From Tubulanus polymorphus (taxonomy: Eukaryota > Animalia > Nemertea), in the NCBI RefSeq assembly GCF_964204645.1, contig NC_134031.1, positions 1,922,001-1,986,000 of the forward strand: a stretch of DNA of 64,000 nucleotides, in the 5' to 3' direction. Shown here piece by piece: positions 1 through 12,470 of the stretch. The position numbers were made by a program, and so were the translations under genes. The notes under the pieces are model-generated. The model worked only from the letters and a program-made list of their open reading frames with translations. It did no database searches and was not told the DNA's origin. Numbering within the stretch: the stretch's first letter is position 1; each line of letters begins with the position of its first letter.

Positions 1-3000
1 CATCTGATGGGAGAGAATACAGCGGTAACCGGTGGCAACACAAGCAGACGGATTGGAGCAGACGTCGTAGGGACGATGATCGTGCGAGGAATCAGTCTCC
101 GAATCGTGACGGCGTTAATCGTCGCGATTCGTCGCCCGATTCGCGGAGGAATCGAGACCAGTACGAACGAAGACGCGACAGTCGAAATCGGTCTCCGCGA
201 CGACCTTCACCCGGTGAGGTGGATGAGTCGACGGACGACCAGCGTAACAAGAAAACTGTGTTCGATTATAAGAAAGTCGAGAAGCAATTGTTCTGGGAGG
301 TTTCGAAAGAACGACCGCAAGATCTTCACGAGCGTTTACAGAAACAGTTCTCGTCTAACAACACGAGTCCGTTGAAATCTTCAACACCAGGTCCGACTTC
401 AACTCCTGGTCCGACTTCGAGTCCGGCGACCTCGTCCCAGAATATTCATAAACGATTGATCGACGAGTTCGAATCGTCGCGAGTGCGTCGCAGGGATTCC
501 CCTGAACGGTCGGCGGGACGGGATACTGCGAGTCCCGAACGGAAACGACGGAAGCGTTGGAGTCCGCCCAGAGACCGGGGTGGAGACCGGGCTGGTGACC
601 GGAGTGGAGATCGGGCTGGTGACCGGGGTGGAGACCGGAGTAGTACAGACCAGGGCCGACTGGATATGAGAAGGACAAACCTTCGAATGACACGAGAGAA
701 ATCGGATGAATCCGATCGACGAAGGTCGAGGGATACTCGATGGCCTCCTCGTACGGGGGATAGATCAGATCCTACCAGACAAAGGTATTTCCCCTCTTTA
801 TTCTGTCAAAAAGAAAACAGCCTCGCATCGTGTCTCTTTAAAGATAAACAACTACAATTCTCTTTCATTATAATTGCAGCAGCAGCAGCAGGGATACCCG
901 GGATTCTTCACGGTCATCATCTTGTTCCCGATATCAACGAAAACCGAGTCCAGTTGGGTTAGTGATATTAACAGTAATCTGTCAACCGACATTTCTGTTG
1001 GAAAATGACTGTTTCAAAGCATGTTTCAACAAATGATAATTTCACCTGTATCTTGGGTGGCCATTGACCTGGAAAACCTGGAAAACTCAGGAAATCAGAA
1101 GAATCTAAACTCAGATAGAAAAACTTAGGGAATTTGCATAATTTAACATAATTTTAAGATAACATTATCTACTATGTGTTTCTTAATCAGTATTTGATTC
1201 AATTAAAATTGAATGAACTATAACATTTTAAACCTAGAAATTCACTGATTCACTCAGGGACTTTTGTGGAATTTATAATTGACCATGTGGGCAGAATGTG
1301 GCCAAACTGAATGATAAATATGAAAGTATTTCTTTTTGCAGACGTGTTGTCAGTCGAAGTATCAAATCTCCACCAAAACATCCTCTGAATGAAGACACAC
1401 GTCCAGCGTGGGTTTGTTGCACCGCTGCTGATCTCTATCTGCAACGAGATCGTCAGGTAAAACTCACAAAACATCTCGGGACTCTCGTTCAGAACCTTGG
1501 CTACCTCTTCTTCGAGTGCAGACATACCCCGAGTTGAACACGGGTATCATGTACAAAACATATAAGACCAGTCGTAGTGCAGTTGTGTTATAAACGACCA
1601 GCAATATCGAAGATTAATTAACAATAAAAATCTGTGGAACTGAGACGTTTCGGATGGAATGCTTCTAATCAGAGATTTTTTGAAATGAATGTATTTTTGA
1701 ATCATTTCAAATAATTCTCTGATGGGTTGAAGCATTCTACTCAAAACGTTGTTAATCTTCAATATAATGCATCTTCTTGCATACCTTAAAGGCTGTATAA
1801 TCATTCAATGTTTTCAGTTCATGATGTTTCGCTTGCGAAGAGCTGATATTTTGTTTTGTTTTGATTCAGACTGGTTGTTTGAAAGCGACTGAAGTGATGA
1901 TCGAATTAGAGAATCAGTTTGAAGAGAAGTTGTTACGCCGAGCGGAGAATGCTCGCGCCAGTAAACCTGTTTATAAACGCCCTGAACGTCGACTGAATAT
2001 CAATCTACGCTGTAAAGGTCACCACGAACACAATCACGATAACGATGACGATCATATAGGTTCGTTTTTATACAATATCTGTTTCCCCGCGGGGAAAATT
2101 TCTGTGGTAAAATGATGAAGTCAAATAGATCAGGGTCCCTACGACTCCTTGATTCCTTAAAAATTCCAAAATGAATGAAAAATGCTTTTAAGGGTGCTTG
2201 AAACTCCTTTTATTTGAGTAGAATGCCCATAACTCCATTATTTTAAGATTCGATTTTGAGAAATAGTCCATCAGATATTTATGTCTAGTTTGCACCAGGG
2301 GTAGTTGTAAAACTACGCCTAAATTGATACAGTTGGGACCAAGTTTTTACCCAATTAGGCAGTTACCAGATGAGAAACTGAGTTTAGGTAGTGTTAAGGA
2401 TGAAATTTGCTTACAAAACCACAGAATTAATGTTTTACCGAGATAAACAGCACTGATTTAGGAGGAGTCTACAGTAATTGGGTTGTGAAAGTGATGCAGA
2501 CACTTCCTTGAAATTCAGAAAAATTCCTTGAAATATCCTATTACTGGTATCCAGGAATGACTGATCTGTAGGGACCCTGTAGAGAGAGTATGGAGGTAGC
2601 TATCTTCTCTTCTCCACTGAAGAGCTATTTGCTGATGTCATAAGGGGATATTTGTTGATGCATTTATAGGTGGCAGCAGCAGTAGTTGTTGCGGCGGCGG
2701 CGGCGGTAAAAAGAAACGTATCGCATCTTCGTCATCATCCTCATCCGAGTCCTCTTCATCGGACGAGGACGATTCAGAATCTGATGAAATGCTTCGTGAA
2801 TTGAAATATAAACAGGATCACCCGTATCGTCTACATCCGGACCTGTGGTTTAATGAACCCGGTGAAGTACGTACATCAACAAATCAGTTGCATCAATATT
2901 TGACGTTGAGCGACAAAAATTCTGTTTTTCTGTATCTACCCCGCAATACTCGTCATTCCTTCGGCAGTTATAATAGTTTAATTTTCAAGAAAAATTATAA

Positions 3001-6000
3001 CAGATGGTCATACATAACACTTGATATAAATATGAATACAAAGTCGACAGGATGTTATAATATCTAATGTAGGATAGCCCAATAGAAAGCTGGAATGCTT
3101 GTTCGAAGTATTGGGCCACTTTAAAACACATACAATCACACATTATATGTTCGCCTGGCATACAGAGTCGTACAAAAATTTTTTCAGTTTTGTGATCAAT
3201 TTTATGGTGTATTGGTATATTTTTCATTTCAGCTGAATTCGGGGCCTTTGTGTAAATGTAGTTTGAAAGCTCAACGAGTCGGTTTAAGACACAATCATTA
3301 TCCGAAAGAAGAGGTAACATATCGTATTGACGAAAATCTATTGAGCTCCAGACGTACCTAGAATATGATAAACAGTCAGAAATGTTGCCCTAAGCTAGAA
3401 GTTTATAGTCATCTTCCGGAATACTAGATGTAACAAAAGGCAGATTTTCTGGACTGGAAAAGTTGTGGCTTTTACCGATTATGTTGATTTTTAATCGTGT
3501 CTTCTTGTATTTAAAGGCGATTAATGTTTGTGACAGCGAAAGTAACAACATGACTAAACTCTATCATTACCGTATAACGATGAGTCCAACTGTCAACTTC
3601 GTGGTGAGTTTTACAATTTTCTACCAATTCTACGTAAAAAACGTTGAAACTTGAAAACTTTTATGTGATCGTGTTTTCTAAATGGCCCATAGAATTAGGT
3701 TAAATTAGGTTTAGTTTTTCGTTTCTTTTTGTTGTTGATTTCAAATAATATCGGACAGTCACGAATCACGAATTCAGTTATTTCGTGTAATTTTTCAGAC
3801 TAAAGACCCAACGATTATCGAGTACGATAAGAATCAGTATATTTACGAGGGTTTCTCGCTGTTCACACATTACGAACTTAAAAACGTAAGTTTTCAATCG
3901 TATCATTTCGGTTGATTCCTACAAAGGCTCTACATCTATTTATCCTATGGACCGCAGGGTTAATTCAGTTCACTTATACGTGGAATCAATTGCTGTGCGG
4001 TCTCAAACTGGCTTCATTTCTGATTTCAGATTCCGTTGTGTAAAGTAATCAGATTCAACATTGAGTATACGATTCACTTCTACGAAGAGAAAATGCCTGA
4101 GGTGAAACAGATAAGAATATCAAAATCAAACCGCTGAACGTCGAAGAATATTTGTGAAATTCAATGAATTTATTTTTCAGAATTTTACCGTGCGTAGTCT
4201 CGATATGGTGACCGAGTTTTTGTATAAAGAAATTCTTCAGTTACTGGATTTGAATTGGAGGAAGCACGGAGTTACCGAGGGCTGTCCGTACGTGCATTTA
4301 ATGCCCAGATTCACTCGAAAAATGCCCGGTAAGAGATAGACACCGGGACCCAGTTCTCTTCGTAGCTCTCGCATGCTTCTAATTCTGTTCCAGGGTTAAA
4401 ACAAAACTGTGTCCAAACTGCGTATAAACAACTTAAGACTAGTCTAAGGAATTAAGATCAGTCTAAGAATAGCCAATCTAACACCTAGTCTTAAGATTTA
4501 AAACCACTTTAGTGGTGCCAATCTAACAACATGTATATATATATATATATTTTGTATTGTGAAAAAACCACGAAAAACCCAAAATGTGAAAAAATGTGAA
4601 CATCCCGCTTCACGCCGATCTCACCGCTGATATTGTTTCATCTATTTTTGCAGAAAATGGTAAAGAATTGCTGTCAATGAGTGAAGTATTGAAGTATCTG
4701 TTGAGATCGTCTGGTAAACTAATCGATGAAACTGAACTTCCTCGTATCGTCGCCAGTGAACCGAGAGAATGGCAGAAATTCATCGACGAAATGAGAGGAC
4801 AGATCGTCATGTATCCGGGGATGGAACCGAGTTCGATAAGAGTTGATAATATCGATCGCGAGCACATGGCGCCCGACCAGAATACGTTGAAATATCCGGT
4901 CGTTGTTCATTTCGGTGTGAAGCCGTCTCAACTCAGCTACGTCGGAGATCCGAGGTAAATTCGCGAGGATTTCGGTCAAACGTAATTTCTGAATTCGAGA
5001 AACTTTCGTATGGTTCCTGTAGTACCGGGAAATCAGGATAATTTGGGAATTATGAAATAATATTTTACCAGTTTAGGAATTTTAGGGGATTTGATAGATT
5101 TTCCTCTATTCCAAGAAATGTTTGGTAATTCGATAGATTTTCCTCAAATCCTAGAAATATTTGGGAAATTCATTTAATACTTCATGTAGCATTTACCAAC
5201 GGCAACTTTCTTCAGCAATCTTTCGTGAAAATCACCTTTATCAACCATATATTTCCAGCTATCAGAAATGTTGGAAACAGTTCGTTAAATATCGCCACCT
5301 GTTGGCGAACAAACCGAAAGTCACCGCGCAGGATAAAGAAGAATTGACTCGTAAAGAGGAAGAACTGTTGAAAATACGAACTCAAGAGAATAAACGACGT
5401 GAAGTGACAATAGATGTCAGCGCTGAGGGATTCTATAAAACCGGCATCAAATCGGATTTCTGTCAGGTTTGTCGTTTATTATAGGAGCCTCGCGCAACTT
5501 TTTGACCCCGGAAGTCTTTTTCATAACATGAAAAATCTACACTGGTGTATGGTACCTAATAGGATCCTTAGGGGTAGAACAGTTGTGTCAAGACCGAGGA
5601 GATATTGTAAGAGTATGATAAGTTACTTATGATAACCTCATTCTTGATGACTTCAAGGATTCAGTAAAGTTTGAAGACCTTCTGATTCTCAAACATGTTA
5701 AGTTTGAAATAAGGCTGAATTAACAGTACAGTTGAATATATATTAATTTCAGCATGCTATGTTGTTACCGGTGCTGGTCAATCATCTAAGATTTCATCAC
5801 TGCGTCAGACACTTAGAAGAAATCCTCGATTACAAATTCAAAGATCCCTATCTCATTCAGGTGAGCAGAACATTCTCTATCCTCGAATTCTAGACCGGTG
5901 AATCTGTAACTGTATTAAATGCGTAGGTGTTGTTTATTTAAAGCTCGCTCTGACTCATCCGTCCTATAAAGTAAACTACGGTACTAATCCTGACCACGCG

Positions 6001-7775
6001 CGAAACTCTTTATCGAACTGCGGAATCCGACAACCTGAGTTCGGTGATAAACGCGTTCACGTGATGCATACCAGGAAAAGAGGTACGTTTATATCGAAAG
6101 CTGTCTGAATGTAGTTAGTTACCTAATCGTTGGTGGTAAGCTTTTTATCATCGGATGGGCTTATACTAATGGTATGTGGTTTGTGAAAATATCCGATCGT
6201 GAAACTAAACCACAGTCTGGTTACTGACTAGTCTGAATGGTGCTTTTTGTTACAGTAAACAGTGTGACCACTGACCTGGAAAACCCAGAACACTCAGGAA
6301 ATTACAGAAAAAAACCTGCAGAGATTTCCAACTATTTGTCTGTTGTTTTGTAGGTGTGAATGTACTGATCGCTATTATGTCTAAAATGGGCTGCACGGAA
6401 GAGACTTCATCATTGATTTGTAATTACGAGAGATTAGAATTTCTTGGTGATGCAGTCGTTGAATTTATAACCAGGTACTCATTACAGATTAATTAATCTT
6501 TACCACCATTTGTGAATTTCATTGTTGCCAAAATTTTCAAATCAAAAGTTAGTTCAATTCCATACTCGAAACTCCAATTCAAATTTACCAATCGCTGGTT
6601 TTACAGGTCTTCTTTTCGAAATCATTTTCATGATATTTTAATCTTTTCTCTTCATTTTTGTTTCAGTGTGCATTTATTTTTCATGTTCCCAAACCTGTCC
6701 GAGGGTGGTCTGGCCACGTACCGCGCGGCGCTTGTACAAAATCAACACCTCGCTGTTTTAGCCAAGGTTTGTGTGATAAAACACAGGGCCACGATGTAGT
6801 AATGATATCATAAAATCCCACGCAAGGTTTCCTTTAGTAAACGATATATTCTTAACACTTCAATATCCTAACTATAAATCATTCAATAGAAGAAACATTG
6901 TTGGACTGATTTCAATCCTGAGTACGTAATTATTTTGAAGTAATAATTAGGGATATTTTCAAAATTTCAGAAACTTCGACTGCATGAGTTTATGTTATAC
7001 GCTCATGGACCTGATTTATGTCATGATTCCGATCTGAGACACGCAATGGCTAATGTTTTTGAAGCTTTAATGGGTGAGTGCATGGAATGAATGTGAACCG
7101 TTTGAACTATTTATACAAGTCTGGGGCAAAATTCAAATAGCACAATTATGAGGTGCAATCCAAGATGCTAATCTTGACCGAAATTTTTATTTAAGTCATG
7201 ACTTTGCGACTAGGCCTCGGATCTAGTTACACTGTCATGGCTTAGGCCTAAGGCCCTTTTCGATTGTGCTCTTTCGGAAGTGGAATCGCATGTACCGGTA
7301 TCTGCTTTCTATTTCTGAGAAGTTTCTGCCATTTCTTCCGTCTCTCAACAGCAGAAATCTTCCACTGAAATGATATTGTGTCTTCTGAAAGAGCACAGTT
7401 GAAAAGAGCTCAAGTCTCGCCCAAGATTTATATATTAATATCAGCAATTTAGTAATGAGTGATATCATATTTGTAGGTGCTATGTTTATCGACGGAGGGA
7501 TAGAACTTGCTGGAAAAGTATTCGCGGCGACGATGTTCAAAGAAAATGAAGAATTACGCCATGTATGGTTGAACATCCCGGAGCACCCGCTACAAGCCAA
7601 TGAACCGATCTCCGACCGTCATTGGATTCGAGAGAATAAAGTATTACAGAATCTGGTTCGATTTGAAGAAGCGATCGGTGTTGAGTTTACTCATATACGT
7701 CTATTAGCGAGAGCGTTTACACTGAGGAGTATCGCTATGAATAATCTCACTATGTAAGCCACATCAATCTGCACC

Positions 7776-7811
<36 letters not shown>

Positions 7812-10679
7812 ATCTGTCTGTCTGTTTGTCTGTCTGTTTATCTATCTATCTGTCTGTCTGTCTGTCTATCTGTCTGTTTATCTATCTATCTGTCTGTCTA
7901 TCTGTCTGTCTGTCTATCTGTCTGTCTGTCTATCTGTCTGTCTGTTTATCTATCTATCTGTCTGTCTATCTGTCTGTCTATCTGTCTGTCTGTTTATCTA
8001 TCTATCTATCTGTCTGTCTATCTATCTGTCTGTCTATCTGTCTGTCTGTTTATCTATCTATCTGTCTGTCTGTCTGTCTATCTGTCTCTCTGTCTGTCTG
8101 TTTATCTATCTATCTGTCTGTCTGTCTATCTGTCTGTCTGTCTGTCGGTCTGTCTGTCTGTCTGTTTATCTATCTGTCTGTCTGTCTGTCTAGCCGTCCT
8201 CTCTTGCTACAAATTGTGTAATTGTTTCCAATGAACTGATGTTTTTTTTTCTCTGCGATTCAGCATATCACAAAAATTATATTTTAATAAGAATAGATAT
8301 CAGGAGGGGACCACAGAGGAGCTGTAATCCATGAGACACAGACCTCTGGCCCCCTTGGTTCTTTCACTCGGTTTTATGCATCGGTTGTGAAAGTTACTGG
8401 TATTCACGATCGAATTAATTATCTGGGAATTGTTTAAAATAGACGATATAAAATTATTCATACTCTCGGTAAACAGGGCGTTTAAAGCATAGCTTTGTCG
8501 TAATGTTGTCTTTGACTTGTTTATTTTCAGGGGACACAATCAAAGACTTGAATTTCTCGGTGATACAATCATTCAACTGATCGCTACGGAATATCTGTTC
8601 AAACACTTCCCTGATCATCACGAAGGTCATTTATCTGTAAGTTAAACTCTAGAATTTTAGAACTGTGGAATGAAATGAGTTCAGGATGTCGGGGATTTTC
8701 TGTAAACATGTGATGATAAATTATGTTTTGATAATGTTTTTAGTTGTTGCGAGCGTCGCTGGTTAATAATCGCACTCAAGCGGTCGTCTGCGATGATCTC
8801 GGGATGTGTGGTTACGTCATGTACGGCGAGGACAGAATCGGACGTTCGCATTTCGAAATGAGACATAAAGAAAAGGCTGATTTATTGGAAGGTAATTTAA
8901 GATGTTGCGTAATTAATGACAGGGTCCCTGCGACTCCTTGATTCCTTAAAAACTCCTTCTCATGGAAAAATGCCTTAAACTCCTTAAATTTGAGCAAAAT
9001 GCCTGACACTTTGAAAAATTTTGAGAAATAGGCTAAAAGAAATTTTAGAAGTTGTGCAGTAAATAAGGACAGTTGGGACCTGGATTTGTTGCCCATTTAG
9101 GCAGTTAGAGAATGAGAAAGGATAGGAATTTGCTTACAAAACCACAGAAATAATGGTTTACCCCGATAAACACTACTGATTTAGCAGGAATGACTGATCT
9201 GTAGGAACCCTGTACGACCTCCAGTTGGCCAAGTGGACTAATGTCTACTTCAACTTGGTTTGTGAGAAGGAGATGCCATCAGTTTTCGTTGTACTTGGAT
9301 TGATTTTGTGTTTATTTTCAGCGTTTCTCGGTGCGTTGTTCGTTGATAAGAATCTCGAATATTGTAAAGTTTTCTGTCAAGTTTGTTTCTTCCCGCGTTT
9401 AAAAGTAAGCATTGCATCATACTTCATGGTAGTATATGAATAGCCATCCATTTGGCTTCAAATAGCCATAAATTTGGCCATATCTTATCATACGGCCTGT
9501 ATTTTCAGATGTTCATTTTGAATCAAGATTGGAACGATCCCAAGTCACAGTTACAGCAATGTTGCCTGACGTTACGTGAATTAGACAGCGGTGAACCTGA
9601 AATACCTACTTATAAGTAAGTGAAGTTGGGCCGGATCCAGGACAAATTTCTCACTGTATTCCGGATTTAGGACTGTACTTTATATTGTTTTTCTCATTTT
9701 TACCGTAGAGTGATTGAATCTACTGGACCTACTAATACCAGACAGTATACTGTAGCTGTGTATTTCCGCGGAGAGCGTCTGGCTACAGGAACCGGACACA
9801 GTATTCATGAGGCTCAAATGTGTGCCGCAGATAACGCATTGGAGACTAAAGCAGGTATGGAAAGCTGAGCTGAGGTTTAGCCAGTCACCGGACTGCAGTT
9901 TAGCCAGTAACTGGAGTTGGGTTAAGTCAGTAACTGGACTGCAGTTTAGTCATTAACTGAACTATGGCTAAGTCAGTAACTGGACTGTGGTTAAGTCAGT
10001 AACTGGACTGTGGTTTAATCAGTAACTGGACTAACTGGACTGCAGTTGAGTCATTAACTGGACTATGGCTAAGTCAGTAACTGGACTGCAGTTTAGTCAT
10101 TAACTGAACTATGGCTAAGTCAGTAACTGGAATGTGGTTAAGTCAGTAACTGGACTATGGCTAAGTCAGTAACTGGACTGCAGTTTAGTCATTAACTGGA
10201 CTATGGCTAAGTCAGTAACTGGACTGCAGTTTAATCATTAACTGAACTATGGCTAAGTCAGTAACTGGAATGTGGTTAAGCCAGTAACTGGACTATGGCT
10301 AAGTCAGTAACTGGACTGCAGTTTAGTCATTAACTGGACTATGGCTAAGTCAGTAACTGGACTGCAGTTTAGTCATTAACTGGACTATGGTTTAGTCAGT
10401 AACTGGAATGTGGGTTGGTCAGTAACCGGACTGTGGTTTAGAATCTTTAAATGCTCTGGATTAAAGTAAATGAATTTTCTTTCAATTGTTGTTGTAGATT
10501 TGTTCCCTCAGTTGGGCTATCAACGTCGAGCAATCGAGAAACGTTACAAGGTTAAACCGAAAGCGACCGGAAGCGACAACATGAAACTGTGGGACTGGGA
10601 TAAAGACTCGTTCATTCGAAACGAAAATCGTGAACGCGATAAGAAAAAAACCGACAGAAAAAACGAAGATAAAATCTGA
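1..10679 (+). CDS. DROSHA: Drosha (class 2 RNase III, Microprocessor catalytic subunit); 5' end lies outside the window; 24 exons
   Basis: Exons read by GT-AG and frame: <1-784, 880-957, 1342-1456, 1870-2059, 2670-2866, 3233-3313, 3517-3603, 3799-3885, 4030-4101, 4181-4328, 4654-4954, 5259-5466, 5753-5860, 5944-6082, 6354-6474, 6667-6766, 6971-7073, 7477-7753, 8531-8636, 8744-8891, 9322-9404, 9509-9615, 9709-9854, 10498-10679. R/S-rich N-terminus; central-domain motif [26 protein letters not shown]; RIIIa [15 protein letters not shown]...ANVFEALMG; RIIIb [11 protein letters not shown]...ADLLEAFLG; ds[16 protein letters not shown]...[20 protein letters not shown] near 10822. Confidence 0.97.
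1053..1309. mobile_element. Degenerate MITE (GTGGCCA-type TIR) in a Drosha intron; partial second copy at about 6260-6303
   Basis: GGGTGGCCATTGACCTGGAAAACC...GTGGCCAAACTG; the left end recurs as CAGTGTGACCACTGACCTGGAAAACC at 6260. Confidence 0.5.
2131..2579. mobile_element. MITE with CAGGGTCCCTAC TIRs, copy 1
   Basis: Perfect 12-bp TIR CAGGGTCCCTAC...GTAGGGACCCTG; internal similarity to 8920-9212. Confidence 0.85.
7776..8191. repeat. (TCTG/TCTA)n compound tetranucleotide microsatellite in a Drosha intron
   Basis: Direct inspection. Confidence 0.97.
8920..9212. mobile_element. MITE with CAGGGTCCCT TIRs, copy 2 (internally deleted)
   Basis: CAGGGTCCCTGCGACTCCTTGATTCCTTAAAA...TGACTGATCTGTAGGAACCCTG; shares internal blocks with copy 1. 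Confidence 0.85.
9875..10440. repeat. 23-bp minisatellite (~24 units) in the last Drosha intron
   Basis: Unit AGTCAGTAACTGGACT+(ATGGCTA/GCAGTTT/GTGGTTA), with alternating variants. Confidence 0.93.
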
Positions 10680-11039
10680 AAAAAAACAATGATTTGAATG
10701 CCTGGTAGTGTTTGTAAAGATAACGATTTCTTTTTTACTAATCTAAGTCGTGTGATTTCGTGCTAAATTTTCTGCGATCATGTGTTGAAAAATATATTAG
10801 AATTTTCACATTTATTTATGGAATAAAAACTGACGTCTCTTCCCTTCTTTAAACTCAGTCGAGTCATTTATAAATAAAAAGGGATATATTTCATAATTCT
10901 ACGTTTTTTTAATGTGATTTCTGAGCGTGGTTATGAATTTTCAAGCTCCTGTCTGTGGTGGATTTCATTTTAGTTCTTATTTATGATAAAATACCTCGTA
11001 CAAAATAAATCGAGTGTTTCGTCAGGGGATTCCTCATTG

Positions 11040-11125
11040 CTACGTGGGTTGACGTCATCCATGCGTTAACGATTGGCTGCCGGACTGTGACTTAACTTCC
11101 GTTTACGTGACGTCATGTCCGCGTA
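11040..11125. promoter_or_regulatory. Promoter-like motif cluster (2 CRE, CCAAT box, ETS)
   Basis: TGACGTCA at about 11051 and 11108, ATTGG at about 11072, ACTTCCG at about 11095; CpG-rich patch in AT-rich DNA. Confidence 0.5.
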
Positions 11126-12386
11126 GACACAACTGGACGGTTCGTTTCACGCGACACGCGTGAACTTTTCAGACCTACAGCTGAGTAATACCTTGTAGTT
11201 TGCGTTAGGCTTACTAATGATTTTGCATACCGGATGAAAAGCTACTCGTAGATTTGTAAAAATAAATCCATATACAACATAACATAATTTGTCGTATATC
11301 ATTATGTAGATTTGTTTTGTATTTAAAAATGTGCACAGATTGTGTAGCCTATATAGGTGCGTACCGCCAGATGACAAAAATCAAACCAATTTAGGCTGAT
11401 GTATACACAATCAACGAACTATATCAAGTTCAATGAGTTCATTTTTATCCGTACGAGTAATCGTGTTTATCCATCGAATCGGCCCTGAGCTCTTCCACAA
11501 ATTCTAGATCTCTCAGAAGAAACATTCATTTTTGTTTCAATGGTAAAAAAGCTCGTGCTTGGGCACGGGAGATTAAATCTAGGTTTATACGCTTTTTGTG
11601 AATGTGGGGCCAGTTTATTTGGACAGAACGGTAACCAACTATAGATGAATCAATCGTTCAGAAAACATGAACACCGTTTGTTGTATTTACCGAAAAGTTT
11701 GTATTTTTCAAACCTTTTTAAAAGGACAGGATTCAGAAGCTAGGCACCTGAGAGTTCGTTGATAAATGGATGAAACATAATTTAGTAAACTACACGGCAT
11801 TTATGAGTTCTCATACAGCTTGAAATACACGGAGCTCGACAGGAATTATCACCGCAAGCCATGCAACCCCGAGCACATTCAGTAAACCCGGGTACTTCAC
11901 AGTCGCTGTCACTAATTCCGGCTTCGCAGACACCCGCCATACTGAATACCACGGCCACCACGGCGATACAAATAATACCAAAAACCTACAAAAATACGGA
12001 ATAAATATTCAATTTGTGATTAATTGGTGCTATATGTGCTATCTCCACTGCAACATATGTGCTATGTTCACAGAGCTGAGATCATATATGATGAGGTCAG
12101 AACATTGGCCAGAGTTCGGCTCAGACCCCCTGGACCCGAGGGGTGGATTCAAGGGGAGGGTACTACAGGGGATACGCATACCCTTAAAATGTTATGGGAA
12201 AAATATTAAACTGACACATAGAAAAGTTTAAATTCATAAGCTTGTTTTCTGTATCGAGGTCCATGTGGTCAGAATGTAGACCTCGTATTACCCATACGTT
12301 TAGTGGACTGAGATAAGCTTAGGTCAACACTGACAACTAATCTAACGCACTGGCCTTCAAATGGTCAAAATATTTGCAATCGGTTG

Positions 12387-12470
12387 CAGGGGTGTACAGG
12401 GGTGTTCAGGGGTATACAGGGGGTATACAGGGGTGTTCAGGGGGTATACAGGGGTGTTCAGGGGTGTACA
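12387..12470. repeat. 10-11 bp G-rich minisatellite (CAGGGGTGTA/TT)
   Basis: About 8 tandem units, each with a G4-5 run. Confidence 0.9.

Noticed and set aside
7-693. Overlapping ORFs 7-375 (+) and 355-693 (-)
   Set aside because: Shadow frames of the Drosha RS-rich exon, whose frame is open from position 3.
7790-8221. 143-aa hydrophobic ORF (SVCL repeats)
   Set aside because: It is the translation of the (TCTG/TCTA)n microsatellite inside a Drosha intron.
9875-10440. CRISPR-like appearance of palindromic repeats (also 43178-43426 and 58285-58520)
   Set aside because: No unique spacers, no cas genes, and eukaryotic intron or UTR context.
11010-11040. Hammerhead-like CTGACGAAAC on the minus strand (also GAAACGTT at about 42790)
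   Set aside because: No stem II between the two core boxes.
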